From positions 1 through 59,646 of the forward strand of contig NW_021832976.1 of NCBI RefSeq assembly GCF_006345805.1: 59,646 nt of DNA. The letters are read 5' to 3'. Both the position numbers and the translations under genes were made by a program. This stretch comes from Octopus sinensis. Lineage: Eukaryota. Of this stretch, positions 1 through 13,090 are shown in pieces. The notes under the pieces were generated by a model. That model was not told the origin of the DNA. It worked only from the letters and a program-made list of their open reading frames with translations, and searched no databases. Position 1 is the first letter of the stretch. Every line of letters starts with the position of its first letter.

Positions 1-530
1 TTAAGAGGATTATCGGGTAATGGAAAGAAAATAAGGTCTGGCATGATACTAACGGCAGAATACACTTAGCTAAAAGGTCACTGAAGTCATGATGACGGTG
101 GTAAATTGGGCGATGTGCTAGACCTAAAAGCCAAGTGAATATACGTGGAGTCTACTTTAAATTATCGCGATAGAGGGAACTCAGTTAAAGATACCCAAAA
201 GCCAGGTGGTGTTAAACAAAGATGTTTCCACATAGGACGACGGATATAAGCTGTGTGTGTGTGTGTGTGTATATGTGCGTGTGTGTATGTGTACGAGTGT
301 TTGAGCGAGTGAATGTGTATCAGTTTGTGTGTGTGTGTGTGTGGTTTATGTTTATAGGCAGTTTCAAGCGTTCGTTTTCGTTGTTATTGACTGCTGTTGT
401 ATAGTTTGGTTATAGGATGGTATTAAACGGTTGCAATATAATACTATAATGAGGGGGTGAATGTTGTTGTGAAGCAAAATCAGATGCCCTTGGTCACGCA
501 TCTCTTCTGTTTGTGTGTGATATGTGGTGA

Positions 531-567
531 GTGTGTCTATATATATATATATATCTAATATATATAT

Positions 568-611
<44 letters not shown>

Positions 612-670
612 ATGTATGTATGTATATATATAGTATATATATATATATATATAATATATAATATATATAA

Positions 671-707
<37 letters not shown>

Positions 708-750
708 CAATATATACATATATATATTACATCACAATATACTATATATA

Positions 751-789
<39 letters not shown>

Positions 790-931
790 GTATATATATA
801 ATATTGATATATACATACATATATACACGCAGGACTCATGCATACAGACGCGCGTTCGCGCGTGCCACATGCGTACATACCACGTACTGTTACATATTCA
901 TACACGTTTCAAAATTCTCGCATCTACACAA

Positions 932-975
<44 letters not shown>

Positions 976-1400
976 GCATATGTGTGTGTATTTGTATATA
1001 TATATTTGTATATATATGTGTATGTACATAGACACATGTACATACACAAACACACATATATGTGTCTACACACGCATACACACACACATATACACGCGTA
1101 ATACACACGTGTGTATCTAAGTAAATATAGGCCGTTAAATAAGGATGGTGACGATATACATCCATATATACACATACATATACATACATATATGTATGCA
1201 AGTATATATATATTTATATATATATATGTATATATACATATATATATATACATATATATATATATACATATATACATATATGTATATATGTATATATATA
1301 TATACAAATACACACACATATGCATATATATACATGCATATATATATATATACATATATATATACATATATATACATACATACATATATATATATATATA
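531..1400. repeat. Compound (TA)n/(CA)n/(TACA)n microsatellite tract
   Basis: Directly visible dinucleotide arrays; explains the overlapping YI/HT-rich ORFs. Confidence 0.95.
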
Positions 1401-1764
1401 CTTACACGATTACGTATACTTAGTGAACAGTATTAGAGATGAAAGGAGTGAGGAAGTGGACTAAACGGGTAGTGAAGGGGGGGGGCGTGGGGAGTGGGGA
1501 AAGAGAGAAAATTTCGGGAAGGGGGAGATGAAAAAATTTGGACTAATCAATTGTTTTTAAAATCGATAAGAAGAACGTGGGAGCTGTTACTACGTCCTGT
1601 GGCCCACAGCGCTCAATTATTATAGCCTGGCTGTAAAATGTAGAAATGAAATTAGAAAAAAGAAATAAAACAAAAATAAAATGTAATTCATCTTTAAGGT
1701 TCGTTATAATCAATAATTAGACCAGAGTATTGGCTTCTCTCATCAATAGTTGGAATTTAGGTAT

Positions 1765-2025
1765 GATAATGATGATGTTGATGATGATGGTGATGATGAT
1801 GATGTTGGTGGTGGTAGTGGTGGAGGTGGTAGTGGTGGTGGTGATGATGATGAGATGATGATGATGACGACGATGACGACGACGACGACGACGACGACGA
1901 CGATGATGATGAGATGATGACGACGATGATCGTGGTTGTGGCGTTTGTGGCATTGGTGGTGGTGGGGATGACGACGACGACGACGACGATGATGACGATG
2001 ATGATGGTGATGGTGATTATTCCTA
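1765..2025. repeat. (GAT)n/(GGT)n/(GAC)n trinucleotide array
   Basis: Directly visible; gives poly-His/Arg/Ser/Val ORFs. Confidence 0.95.
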
Positions 2026-2274
2026 ACCTTGGCACATGGCCATAAAGTTCTTTTTCCTTTTCGGACGAAAGCAGGCGCGTGGGTGGGGGTGCGCAATCGA
2101 TTGGATCGACCTCGTTACTTGACTAGCACTTATGTTATCGACCTTCGAAAAATTATATCGATACCCACTTCCAAACGAACCCCCCCCCCGCTGACTGCAT
2201 CCCCCCTTCGAACACCACCACCACCAGAGGTAAAGAGCGACCACAATATTAACAAATGGCGTAAAAGTTTATAA

Positions 2275-2705
2275 CTAGACTGCAGAAGGCATTCTTATCC
2301 GATGCTCTACTGATTTTCCATTCGCCATCTTCAACAATAACAGCAGCAATATTAATAGTAATAATTTCATAATTACAGTTCTATATTTAAGAGACGGGGA
2401 ACACAACAGACCCAGCTTAGACCTGCCAGATTGGCTCTTACACACAACAGCAGCACTTCGAGCAAAGACCACGGGTCAGCGATGTTCGGACACCAAACAA
2501 GTGCGTGCAAAATAGTTTCGTCGCTCTGTGCGGATCTTGGACAGACTCTGCTGATGACACTTCCGTACTTGTAGAATTTGTACCGGAAGCGGCAATGCCA
2601 TTCTGATAACACAACCAAGTCAAAATTTTTTTGAAATTTCCCGTAATTCTTGGAGCGGACCACCCGGTTGATTCTCATCGAAGTCAAGTGTTTCTGCCCA
2701 CATAT
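2275..2705 (-). mobile_element. L1/Tx1-clade LINE 3' fragment (zf-RVT-type CxxC..ETxxHxL..C region)
   Basis: Minus-strand translation SRVCPRSAQSDETILHALVWCPNIADPW; homologous to 45503-45766 (PTRPRCSLDNETVQHALVTC). Confidence 0.7.
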
Positions 2706-2716
2706 TTGTCTATATA

Positions 2717-2873
2717 GGCGTAGGAGTGGCTGTGTGGTAAGTAGCTTGCTTACCAACCACATGGTTCTGGGTTCAGTCCCACTGCGTGGCACCTTGGGCA
2801 AGTGCGCTCTACTGACCAAAGCCTGTGAGTGGATTTGGTAGACGGAAACTGAAAGAAGCCCGTCGTATATATG

Positions 2874-2954
<81 letters not shown>

Positions 2955-3066
2955 CTGTGTTTGTCCCCCAACATCGCTTGACAGCTGGTTGTGTTTATGT
3001 CCCCGTAACTTAGCTGTTCGGCCAGAGAGACTCTTAGAATAAGAACTAGGCTTACAAAGAATTAAC
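2717..3066 (+). mobile_element. tRNA-derived SINE family A (CORE-like), 3'-truncated, with internal (TA)n
   Basis: Box A-like TGGCTGTGTGG, box B-like GGTTCAGTCCC, then ACCTTGGGCAAGTG; at least 12 related copies in the window. Confidence 0.85.
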
Positions 3067-3469
3067 ATCTCAATCTCTTTAAAGAGTAATACTACAAGAG
3101 TTTGTAACATAGAAAGAAAGCCAATAATTTTGAGGGGAAAAGGGTTAGTCGACAACATCTGCTCAACTACTGGATTAGTTCTTTATATTATCGAAAGGTA
3201 AAGTTGATCTGGTTGGATTTGGATTATAAACGCATTTCTCCCGACTCTCTAAGAGTTTTGTAACTTTACCACCCTTAATATAAAACTGTACAAAATATTT
3301 AAATGTAACAATAGTTTTCATTCATCGTCTATTGCGGGATGGACAGTGCTGTACAAAACACAACGTTCGGGTTTGATCTGGATTTTAGGAAATCAGAGTT
3401 AGATGAATCAAAGTGATTTTCAGGAATGTCTCAATTGGGTTAATATTATCATATAATATAATGTCAACT

Positions 3470-3830
3470 CGGGGACATCTCTTGATGGGGCTAAGTCCCT
3501 AATTACTTCAGAAAATTTTCGACTACTTTAAAAACCGATGTGAGCATATCACTGGTGAATCTCCTCAAAAGACCATTTGTGGAGGAGGTAAACCAGGCTG
3601 GTATACTCATTTCTATAAGTGGTGGCACTACTGAGGAAAGATGCGAACAAAGGGGACGTAATAAATAAGTTCCAGTTCTGTTTGACAGTTTGATCAAATT
3701 GATAGCAAAGGGATTGGAGCTTGTGATCGAGGGCACGTTTGGGAAAGCACACACGAGTTCTGTTTCGACCAGGTCTATTCAAGACAACCTTCACGCCAGG
3801 CGTTACCTCGAAGAAAGGCGAAGGGGAGTT
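3470..3830 (+). mobile_element. Degenerate L1/Tx1-type reverse transcriptase fragment
   Basis: Manual translation VALLRKDANKGDVINKF...LIAKGLELVI...RSIQDNLHARRYLE matches the RT N-terminal motifs; frameshifted. Confidence 0.55.
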
Positions 3831-5561
3831 AATTCGGGCGTGAGTTTGTGAATGAACACAAAAATGGTCGCACTAAATGTAAGGGGTCAAGTAGAACAAA
3901 TTCCTATGAAGGGGTAGCTAGTGTTTTTAGGTTCGAGAGTTTAAGGCACAGTTTTCCCAATGATACTCGATACTAGCGTAACTATGAAGACGAAGCTAAA
4001 TTTTCAAATTCTCGAGCTAACGTGATGGATTTCCAGACGATATCAGCACAACTCTTGTTCGTCTCACTAAAGTGGCATGGGGTTGAGCAGCTAGTTGGGA
4101 TACCCCTATATAACTGAAAGAATGACTTCAGTGAGGAAAACATGAAGGAAGTCTTTGGATCTGACTGAAGTTATTCAGGTAAACTCGAACATAGAAAATA
4201 ACGCAGTGAAGCAGAAACTGAGTCAGTGAAGAAATGTCGTGACACGAGAAAGCAAACGGAAAAGCATAATATTCACCGAGGACAATCGATAAATATTTAT
4301 TACATGACGATGAAGGTAACGAACCATTAAAATCAATGCTTATGCGACAAAAGGTCGCAGAGAACTGACCAGTTAATTTGGTTTTGGATGATATCATTAC
4401 AGATTTAACGTTTGATTAATTTGGCATCCAGAAACAACACGTTTAATGTCATTCACCGATATACAGAAAACTTCACACCCGAATAAAATGCGTCAAAACT
4501 TATAATCCAAAATAGCGGAAAGATTTGCAGAATTGTCAGATGTTAATATTACACAATAACACAATAAAATAAGAAATACAGTACTACTGAGGCTTGAAGA
4601 ACGATGTAAGATTTTGTAAGCGAACGATACGAGTTCTAATCAGCAGCGTGGCATTTCCATATTTTTTAAATCTTACTGTTTTGCTTTATACTGAACATAC
4701 AAGTTCTAGATTTCTGATCAGTCGTTAGGATAAATCTTTTGCCTAAGATATACCGTTTTTTTTTCTCTTTTTACTTCACCTGACACTCTCACCTGTACCA
4801 TTACGTGCTTTTTCTGTTCCTCTTTTTCTTGTGCAATGATTTTCTCGACAGAATTTACTGATCGAAAAAAGGAATGTTACAAATCTACCTTTTTGGTAAA
4901 GAGTAGTCCCAATGGCGGCTTTAAAGGCACCTATTTCGGCGGCAAACGACATTTTTCTTCTATTTTAGCTTTGACAAATCATCATGAAGCATGTTTTTAA
5001 ATCATTGCTTACCATTTCCAGCTTCCTCTGAGGTTGGAAACATGGAACCAATTGAGAACAATAAACGAACAGATCAATAATACAACACCAGCTTTGTTTA
5101 TTAGTCGTAAACGCAGATACTTGAAGAGGAATTAAATGCAAATTATTGCAACTAATTCGATAACCTAGAATACAGACAGATTCAATTGAAAATTCGCAGT
5201 TTATCGTTATTCAGTGTCATATCAGCTTTACGAACAATTTCTCACAATTTAGAGAGAATTTTGTTGTTCCTATTTGGTCTTATCACAAATAAGTCCCTAT
5301 TAACAAGAATATTAGGTTCCCAGGTAGTTTTTAACTTATATTGTTTACGATTCTTTGGGAAGACACAACATTGTTTGTAAGACTAAAACTAAGATGTTTA
5401 AACTGAATCAAGTGACCGTCTGTCTCACACAATTAGTAAATGTCTCGTCATCAGAATGTAATGTAATATAGTGGTAAGCACTATGTATGTCGATAATACT
5501 CAATATTAGGTTGTCCTAGATGGAATGGCCACTTAGAAATGAATCAATAAAAGCTATTATA

Positions 5562-5849
5562 GTTTTTCCTTCTCGAGCCATGCCTGGCTCATAGGGCCGG
5601 TTTCCCGGTTTACCTAGCGTATAGGTTCCCCACATGGACGGGACGCCGGTCCGTCGCAGGTGAGCTGCAAAAGGAAAGAGTGAGAGAAAGTTGTGGCAAA
5701 AGAGTCAGCAGAAGTTCGCCATTATCTTCTGCCGGAGCCGCGTAGGTGTTTCGTTCATAAACACACACATCGCCCAGTCTGAGATTCGAACCCGCGATCC
5801 CACGACTGCGAGTCCGCTGCTCTAACCACAAGGCCATGTGCCTCCACTG
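5562..5849 (-). mobile_element. tRNA-derived SINE family B (B1 tail), complete, 12-bp TSD
   Basis: Reverse complement of GTGGAGGCACATGGCC...GGGTTCGAATCTCAG; TSD AAAGCTATTATA at 5550-5561 and 5850-5861. Confidence 0.9.
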
Positions 5850-5899
5850 AAAGCTATTATAATCATGATTTATTTATCAAAATAGGTTCCATTAAATTT

Positions 5900-7450
5900 T
5901 ATTTTCATCCCATTCAGAGATTATATATTCCTTATTTGAAAAAAAAATCTCTTTTGGAGCCATGAATTGTTCAAAGGATGTCATTATTTCTTTGCATATT
6001 TTTTGTCACGGATGTAAAGCTCAAAGTGGCGAAATAAATGATAGTCTTTTGGTGATAAATGTAGAGAATATGGAGGATATTCTATAATTAAGCTGCTGTA
6101 ACTTTGCTTTGGTTTGATTCGAGGTGTGGGGTCTGGCAACGTCATGCAAGACCCTTGTTTGATTACACTGCGAGACAAAATTTTTATTTATTTATTTATT
6201 TTTGTCTCTGATCAGTAAGTGTTTTTTTCTATTTGGTTCTATCTGGAAATCAAAGGAAATCACTACCATTCCCTTCAAACTTTGCTTTTGTCACTTGAAC
6301 ATCAATGTTTTCAAACTGACCTATTTTCCATTACATTTCAGACAAATTCAGTGCTGAGTTGCTGAAGCAGAAATATCATTATAGCAAATATTCTGTTCAA
6401 TACCACAGATTTGCTTGTCAGTTGCTTGACCTTAAACCACTTGAGCAAGTCCTTTGGTGGATGACGATACATACATCTCTTATGATGAGCAGGAGTAGTT
6501 GGGGAGCATCATGGTCATGTGCTGCGGGGGTTAATTTGGGGTTTGAATAAATGTAAGAAAAGCAAAGTTTGAAGGAAATATGAACCATTTTTATACTTTC
6601 TAAGGGTAAGCAAATAGGAAATAACAATTGCTAGCCAAGGACAAAAACGTGTTACAATGTGTAATGAATGCTGGATGTTTCCTGGCTAATTTGGAATTCA
6701 TTTCCCAATTTGCTGGCGGTTGGACTGGGATGCTACCGTTTCTTCAGGTTGTAGAAACTAATGGATAATTCTTTGATGGTGCCAACAGACAGCAACCCTA
6801 ACTTTCGGGAGTGGAAAAATGGTTTGAAATATGTTCTGGCAATTCTTCAGAATTTGGCTGTTGCGAACATCTTTTATTGTTGTCGCAAAGGATCCGTTTC
6901 TGTTTGTGTATTTTTTTTCACAAATGATTATTCTTTTCAAAAATGGCGTCCTTTCGTGCAAAAAGAGGACAAACTGTCAAACGATGCATCTTGTTCGCAG
7001 TGCTTAATTAATGTGGAACAGATTTATCCATCGTTTTCTCTACAGGTCGTTGCAAGATGACGTCCTGCAGATGATTTCGACATCTTTAATTCATTGACAA
7101 GATCTCAAACTGTGGCCCTGGAATAATCTCCATAGCATGTATTAATATTTATGATTGACCATTGATAGAGTGTCCATGAAGTTCATTATTTAATTAACTG
7201 TCTCCAGTTCGAAATTAATTTAACCATCTTCTTCCAGTTATATGAAATTTTGCCGTAAATTTTTGCCATAACATTTGCAGTTAAGAAATTTCGTTTTAAC
7301 TGACTTCATCACGTTCTTTTAATGTTCGACGTTGAATAAAAACATACTTATTTAATGCTTTTATATCACCTTTTATCATTGTTTTTTTCTTCTTTTTAAA
7401 TGCTGATATAATACGCTTTATCATTGTCCATACGACGAATTTTTCTCACG
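5900..7450 (-). mobile_element. Highly degenerate mariner transposase, interrupted by a repeat at ~6200-6560
   Basis: HERTPFLKRIIICEKK (GDEKW-like), KVRVAVCWHHQRIIH, LHDVARPHT, EYPPYSLHLSPKDYHLF (YSPDLAPxDYHLF-like) occur in colinear order. Confidence 0.65.
6200..6560 (+). repeat. Diverged copy of interspersed family E
   Basis: CAAATATTCTGTTCAATACCACAGATTTGCTTGTCAGTTGCTTGACCTTAA is shared with ~35510-35560. Confidence 0.7.
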
Positions 7451-7640
7451 GCAGACTTTCCTATACGGTGAAATTTCTTCCAGACTCTCTTGCAGCACAA
7501 GTTCTCATCCCAAATGCAACATTAATATCCTCGACAGCTTGAAATGCATTTTTAACGAGTTTAAGCTCATACAAAAGCAAACGTCTGACTTCTTTTACAG
7601 ATAGTTTTTACAAAAGTAAGAGCATTCAGACCCTCATATA
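7420..7640 (-). mobile_element. Second mariner 5' piece (N-terminal HTH region)
   Basis: KEVRRLLLYELKLVKNAFQAVEDINVAFG resembles mariner N-termini; a TIR-like ATGAGGGT lies upstream. Confidence 0.5.
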
Positions 7641-8513
7641 AGCAGCAATAAATTTAAGATTTTCTAAAACTGAGATATCGGGCAGGAAAAAGTGCATTGA
7701 AAAGCTTTATGCTTTAAAATTTACCAGATATGCACTCTTATAAGCAAATTTTAAAAAGTGACCTCTTTATGTATGGCAACCTGATACCTGGTAAGAAGTC
7801 GGTCGTCTGAGTTGGGCAGCAAATAAACGCCTAAATAGGTGAGCTTATAAACAGCTTCGGTAAAGTCAGCTACTAATCTCCCTTTGTAGCTTCCGTCAAC
7901 TACATATACTTATGCCCGCCAGAGTGCAGCACTTTACACTAGACAATGTCTTCTTCTGGCATTCTATTGATTTGCGATGGAGCAATTTCGATATCAGATG
8001 AAATAAAACCTAGGAGATTTTGTGATTAAAGGTTTTAAAAGTGGCGACGGATAAAAGAAAGCTCTCGTCGAATCGGTTTTTATCGAGGACAGAGAGTAAA
8101 TCTCTGAATCTGGTTAGAACAATTCAATTCTACTCTAACAGAAATATTAACTCAGAAAAGGAACACCAAAGATAACGTTTGTCCAGCAATCAGGTGGTAT
8201 TTACCTGTGCAGGCGGTCTTTTATTTTTAATCTTAGCTGATTATATTTCGTGACTGATGTCAAATTTACTAAAGCAATTCGATATCATGGCTTTATAGTC
8301 ATTCGTCATCATCATTACGTTATGTTCAACCGATTCTCTAATGAAGTTTTCGAAATCATCCGTGTCAGAGAGATTTTCTATGAATTCATAAGTCAATGGT
8401 AGAGCTTTTGTTTCTATTTCTCTATTTAACGCAGAAGCTGCACATTCAAATATTGCAGAAGGGATTAGAAGCCCTCACTGGTTCTTTCGACAGATCGGTA
8501 AAAAGGATTTTCC

Positions 8514-8546
<33 letters not shown>

Positions 8547-8558
8547 TATTATTATTAT

Positions 8559-9019
8559 TGCTTGTTTTTTCTTCTTTCTTCAAATTTCTTCCATTTCTCG
8601 CCGAGTGTTTTCCGTACTCCTAGGGCAGAGAAGCTCATTGTATGCATTCCCAGATTACACACTCAAATTCACAGGTAAAATATGTATTTAAAAAAATTAA
8701 TAAATAAATAAATTCAGGAATGGATGTTGTTTTCACAGCGATAATGCTCTTCTCAGTACATGAGTCGTTCCAGTTAACACGATTTTTTGCACTTCCTGTA
8801 GGGATGGTAAACCTGGTATCATTTTCAAATAGATTTCAGTACCTTTTTTTTTATCATTCCTAGTGATCCTACAATCACTGGTACTGTAGTCGCCTTGAGA
8901 TGCCACATTTTTTCAATTTCTATTGGCATGTCTTTATATTTAATGATCTTGTCAAATTCTTTCGCCGCTATATTGTGATCGCAAGGAATACTCATGTCAA
9001 TTAATAAAAACACCTTTTA

Positions 9020-9020
<1 letters not shown>
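8559..9020 (-). mobile_element. 5'-truncated R4/Dong-clade LINE (RLE C-terminus plus 3' UTR) within (TAA)n
   Basis: LLIDMSIPCDHNIAAKEFDKIIKYKDMPIEIEKMW...VPVIVGSLGMIKK, then IPGLPSLQEVQKIVLTGTTHVLRRALSL* (stop 8733-8735); (ATT)n on both flanks. Confidence 0.85.
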
Positions 9021-9066
<46 letters not shown>

Positions 9067-9069
9067 GTG

Positions 9070-9365
9070 CGGCGAGCCGACAAAATCGTTAGCACGCCGG
9101 TCGATGTAATCGACTAGTACCCTCCACCCCAAATTTCAGGCTTTGTGCCTTGTGCAAGCTGGAAGAATCGTTAGCATGTTGGGAAAATGCTTAGCGGCAT
9201 TTCATCCGTCTTTACGTTCTGAGTTCAAATCCTGCCGAGGGTGGCTTTGCCTTTCATCTTTCGGAGTCAATAAAAAAGTTCTTGTTGAGCACTGGGGTCG
9301 AAAATATCAACTTACTCCCGACCCCGAACGTCCTGAACTTGTGTCAAGACTTGAAACCACCAATA
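9070..9365 (+). mobile_element. SINE family C (one deleted copy plus one fuller copy)
   Basis: GTTCTGAGTTCAAATCCTGCCGAGG...TTTGCCTTTCATC matches 53088-53306. Confidence 0.75.
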
Positions 9366-9539
9366 TTATTAAAACAAATAATGTAGTCGCCATTATGTTG
9401 CAGGAAACAATATGTCTGCATAAATTACAACTTTGACCCCTAACGAGTTGTGGTTGCAAAAGTGGAAGCCCTTTTAGAGACCTGATTTAGTTCAGAATCC
9501 AAAAGTTCTACTCTAGGCACTTATTTTTTTACAGTACTA

Positions 9540-10034
9540 TGTTTAGAGATGAAGAATTATGTACATTATTTACATTATTTACATTTGACGGATGTGGAGG
9601 CACATGGCCTAGTGGTTAGAGCAGCGGATTCATGGTCGAGGGATTGTAGGTTCGAATCTCAGACCGGGCGATGTATGTGTTTATGAGTGAAACACCTAAG
9701 CTCCGCGCGGCTCCGGCAGAAGGTGATGGCGAACTTCTGCTGACTCTTTCACCTCAACTTTCTCTCACTCTTTCCTCCTGCATCTTGCAGCTCACCTGCG
9801 ACGGACCGGCGTCCCGTCCAGGTGGGGAACCTATACGCTAAGTAAACCGGGAAACCGGCCCTATGAGCTAGGCGTGGCTCGAGAATGAACAATGCTTTAG
9901 AAAAATAAATACATAAAAAAAGACAAAAAATCTCATGAAAACTCTTAGGGGCGTTTGATGGATATCAGCCGAAACGTTGTGTTAACAACAAAACAAGATG
10001 GGGACAAATATCCGTCAAATGTAAATAATGTAAA
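9540..10034. mobile_element. Inverted Penelope-like ends with a 25-bp perfect IR and a half HHR, split by a SINE B
   Basis: IR TTTACATTATTTACATTTGACGGAT at 9569-9593 and 10010-10034; CAGCC-GAAAC-GTT-GTGTT at 9966-9983. Confidence 0.5.
9594..9892 (+). mobile_element. SINE family B (B1 tail), complete
   Basis: Same head, body and tail as 5562-5849 and 57131-57429. Confidence 0.9.
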
Positions 10035-10049
10035 TCGTGTACTTATTTT

Positions 10050-10213
10050 TTAGTACTTATTTTTTAAAAAGCCTGGTACTTACTTTAACTGTCTCTTTTG
10101 CCGAACCATTAAGTTACGGGAATGTAAACACACCAATACAGGTTGTCAACTGGTGGCGGGGGCGAGGTGAGGGGCAAACACAGACACACAAACACACACA
10201 TAGATATATGTAT
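10050..10213 (-). mobile_element. SINE family A 3' half
   Basis: TCTTTTGCCGAACC.TTAAGTTACGGG..GTAAACACACC matches other copies. Confidence 0.75.
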
Positions 10214-10215
10214 GA

Positions 10216-10612
10216 CTAGCAGTATCGCCCGGCGTTGCTCGGATTTGTAAGGGAAATAACTATATAAGCATTTTTAGAGATGTAAAGTATAATAGCCATC
10301 TCAATATGGCTAACCACAAAGGGGGGTTGTTACTGTAGCTTTTTACGTTCTGAGATTTAATAATACAGTTTTAGAGAGTTACTTCCCTTATATAATAGCA
10401 AAGAGAAAATGCATTAAAATGGGAAAAAAATTATGGTAAATTTTGTTTTAAATCGTAGACTCATCGTAGACGCGCGCTAATGCCCAGAAGGGCTCGATAT
10501 GAATCACGACTATAAGATACACGCTTTTGGTTAAACTGCACCGCAAAATGAGGGAGTAGTTAGGAATCTAAATCGTAGGAGACAGACACATAACTTCACT
10601 TTTATATAAAGA
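10216..10612 (-). mobile_element. Non-autonomous Helitron, 397 bp
   Basis: On the minus strand: 5' TC, 3' CTAG, inserted between A and T, GC-rich hairpin CCGAGCAACGCCGGG about 10 nt before CTAG; sister copy at 50524. Confidence 0.85.
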
Positions 10613-10613
10613 T

Positions 10614-10690
10614 AAGAAGCTTGCTTCCCAACCAGATGGTTCCGGATTCAGTCCCACTGAGTGACACCTTGGGCTAGTGTCTTCTATATC
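10614..10690 (+). mobile_element. SINE family A head fragment
   Basis: AAGAAGCTTGCTTCCCAACCAGATGGTTCCGGATTCAGTCCCACTG..ACCTTGGGCTAGTG. Confidence 0.75.
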
Positions 10691-10729
10691 TCCGCTGCCT
10701 CTCGCACCAAGAGTGGATTTTCTAAGAAA

Positions 10730-10960
10730 ATAGTCGTAGACTCGAGAATCTTTCATGATTGCTCTTAAAGTAAAAACCTGATTCACAACTGAAGTCAAAG
10801 CAGCAGTTTTGTGTTCTAGTTGTTTGTGTCATGTACAAACAGAAGAGATTTCAACTATGAATGCTTTAGCAGACGTTCTTTTCTGTGTCAGCCATGACAC
10901 TTCTGAGATGACAGTCTGAGCTGGGATTTCAGAAGTCCTCTAATTCTTTCCCAAATTCAA
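10730..10960 (-). mobile_element. Possible very degenerate RTE RT fragment
   Basis: SVVNQVFTLRAIMKDSRVY resembles the RTE STxDQIFTLRQIxEK motif; little else survives. Confidence 0.3.
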
Positions 10961-11006
10961 TGATGACAAGCTTAAATTAACCTAGTGTTAGCTCAGTTAA
11001 CATGAA

Positions 11007-11013
11007 ACATATA

Positions 11014-11086
<73 letters not shown>

Positions 11087-11111
11087 CTTTACGTTATATA
11101 TAGATTGATTG

Positions 11112-11154
<43 letters not shown>

Positions 11155-11197
11155 TAGATAGATAGCTAGATAGATAGATAGATAGATAGATAGATAT

Positions 11198-11233
<36 letters not shown>

Positions 11234-12072
11234 TTATATTCCAGTTTGATCGATGATATTTCCAACTAAATACGGTATTATCCCAGGTTAACTAAAGGCA
11301 TGTCCAACATTATGGATTAAGTAATGATAAGTTCAACTACAATACTGTGTTATCTCAGATTAACTAATGACGTGTCCAAGTTTTCCGTAAGAGTGGACAC
11401 AGGGGTTAGTGCAGGGTCTGGCTGGCAGTGATGGTGGTGGTGGTGGTGGTAGTGGTGATGGTGGTGTTAATGGTAATGATAGTAGTAGTGGTAGTGCTGG
11501 TGATGGTGGTGGTGGTGGTGGTAAACATCAAAAGGGTGACAGGGACAGGGTTGGAGAAGTGAAGCAGGAGAGTATCTGGGTGGATGATCTGGTTATAAAC
11601 AACAGCAACAACAACAACTACTACTACTACTACTACTACTACTGCCACCTGTTCCACATATCCTCCTGTGTTCCAAGCACTCTACCCTCTCTCTCTCCTT
11701 TTCTCTCTCTCTCTCTCTTTTACACCCACCTACATATACACGTACATATCCCCTTATGCACACCTGTAGACTTTGATCATAGGTCTGCTTGACCAGAGCT
11801 GACCTGGTTCTAAAGGAAAAGGACAACAACAACAACAATAACTACAACATTCTTTCATTTTTACAGACATACAGATACACACACATACATAAACACCCAC
11901 ACATACACACTCACACATGCGCATACAAGAATATACATATTTATTCCTACACAGACACTCACACACACACACACGCACAGACACACGCACACATATACAC
12001 AAATGCACAGACGCACACAGAGACACTCATAGACATAAACACAGAGACACACACAGACACGGACACGAACGT

Positions 12073-12103
<31 letters not shown>

Positions 12104-12820
12104 CTCACACAAACACACACACACACAAACACACACACACTCACAGACGCACACAGCGACACGGACACACAGACACAGACACACAGACACACACACACAC
12201 ACTCACAGACACCCAGACACAGACGTACACAGACACACACAAACACCCACCCACCCATTTCCAGCGTGGCCGTCCTGTATATTTAGCGGCGACTGATTAT
12301 GGCCAGTTGATGCTGGCATATTGATTCAGCTGTGCACCTGTGCCATCATTATGTAGGGAGAGAGAGGGGGGAGAAGGCAGAGGGAGGAGGAGGAGGATGA
12401 GGATGGAAGGGGGGAATGGTGCGATAGAGGTGAGAGGGGGAGGGAGTGGTAGAAGTAATGAATAGTGTAAGCCGGTGAACACTAGTTGAACGCGTATCGA
12501 TCACGGATACGTATATATTGATCGGCGCAGGACCAGTAGTGGAGGTGGAGGTGGAGGTGATGGTGATGACGACGACGACGACGATGAAGATGGTGATGTT
12601 GTTGGTGATGTCGATGATGATGATGATCGTCATCATGATGGTGGTGGTGGAGGCGATGACGACGACGGCGACAACGACGATGACAACGACGACGACGACG
12701 AGGATGATGATGATGATGATGATGAGGAGGAGGAGGAGGATGGTATTGGTGGCGATGAGGATGATGATAAGTATGAGGATGGCAGTGATGACAATGATGA
12801 TGATGATGATGTTGAAGATC
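11007..12820. repeat. Microsatellite cluster: (TA)n, (GATA)n, (GGT)n, (AAC)/(TAC)n, degenerate (CA)n, (GAT/GAC)n
   Basis: Directly visible arrays separated by short unique spacers. Confidence 0.9.
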
Positions 12821-12899
12821 ATAATTTTTCTTCTACAAACAGTGTCTCAAGGCTCGATAATTAGAGGAGGCTCAGTTGGCTGAGTTGACCTCAGCGTTT

Positions 12900-13090
12900 G
12901 ACTTCACCATTCTGCAGAACATCTGGGCTTCCAGACAAATTACCATAAAAGCTAAATAACATATTATCATCTCTAATCTGAAGTCCACTCCTTCTCTATG
13001 GAACGGAAACATGGAGAAGGACTGAGAAAACACTGCAAGCGATAACAGTTTTCACCAGTCACTGTCTGAGGTGCATTCTTCAAATTCGAG
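12900..13090 (+). mobile_element. RTE LINE C-terminal fragment
   Basis: QNIWASRQITIKAK...SNLKSTLLYGTETWRRTEK...FTSHCLRCILQI with one frameshift (LLYGxETW motif). Confidence 0.65.

Noticed and set aside
222-2274. Many 60-166 aa ORFs rich in YI, HT, CV, poly-His/Arg/Ser
   Set aside because: These are read-through of di- and trinucleotide arrays; the same applies to similar ORFs throughout the window.
5760-5849. tRNA-like sequences here and at 2717, 9594, 22912, 37876, 57131
   Set aside because: They lack a complete cloverleaf and continue into SINE bodies with TSDs; they are SINE heads, not tRNA genes.
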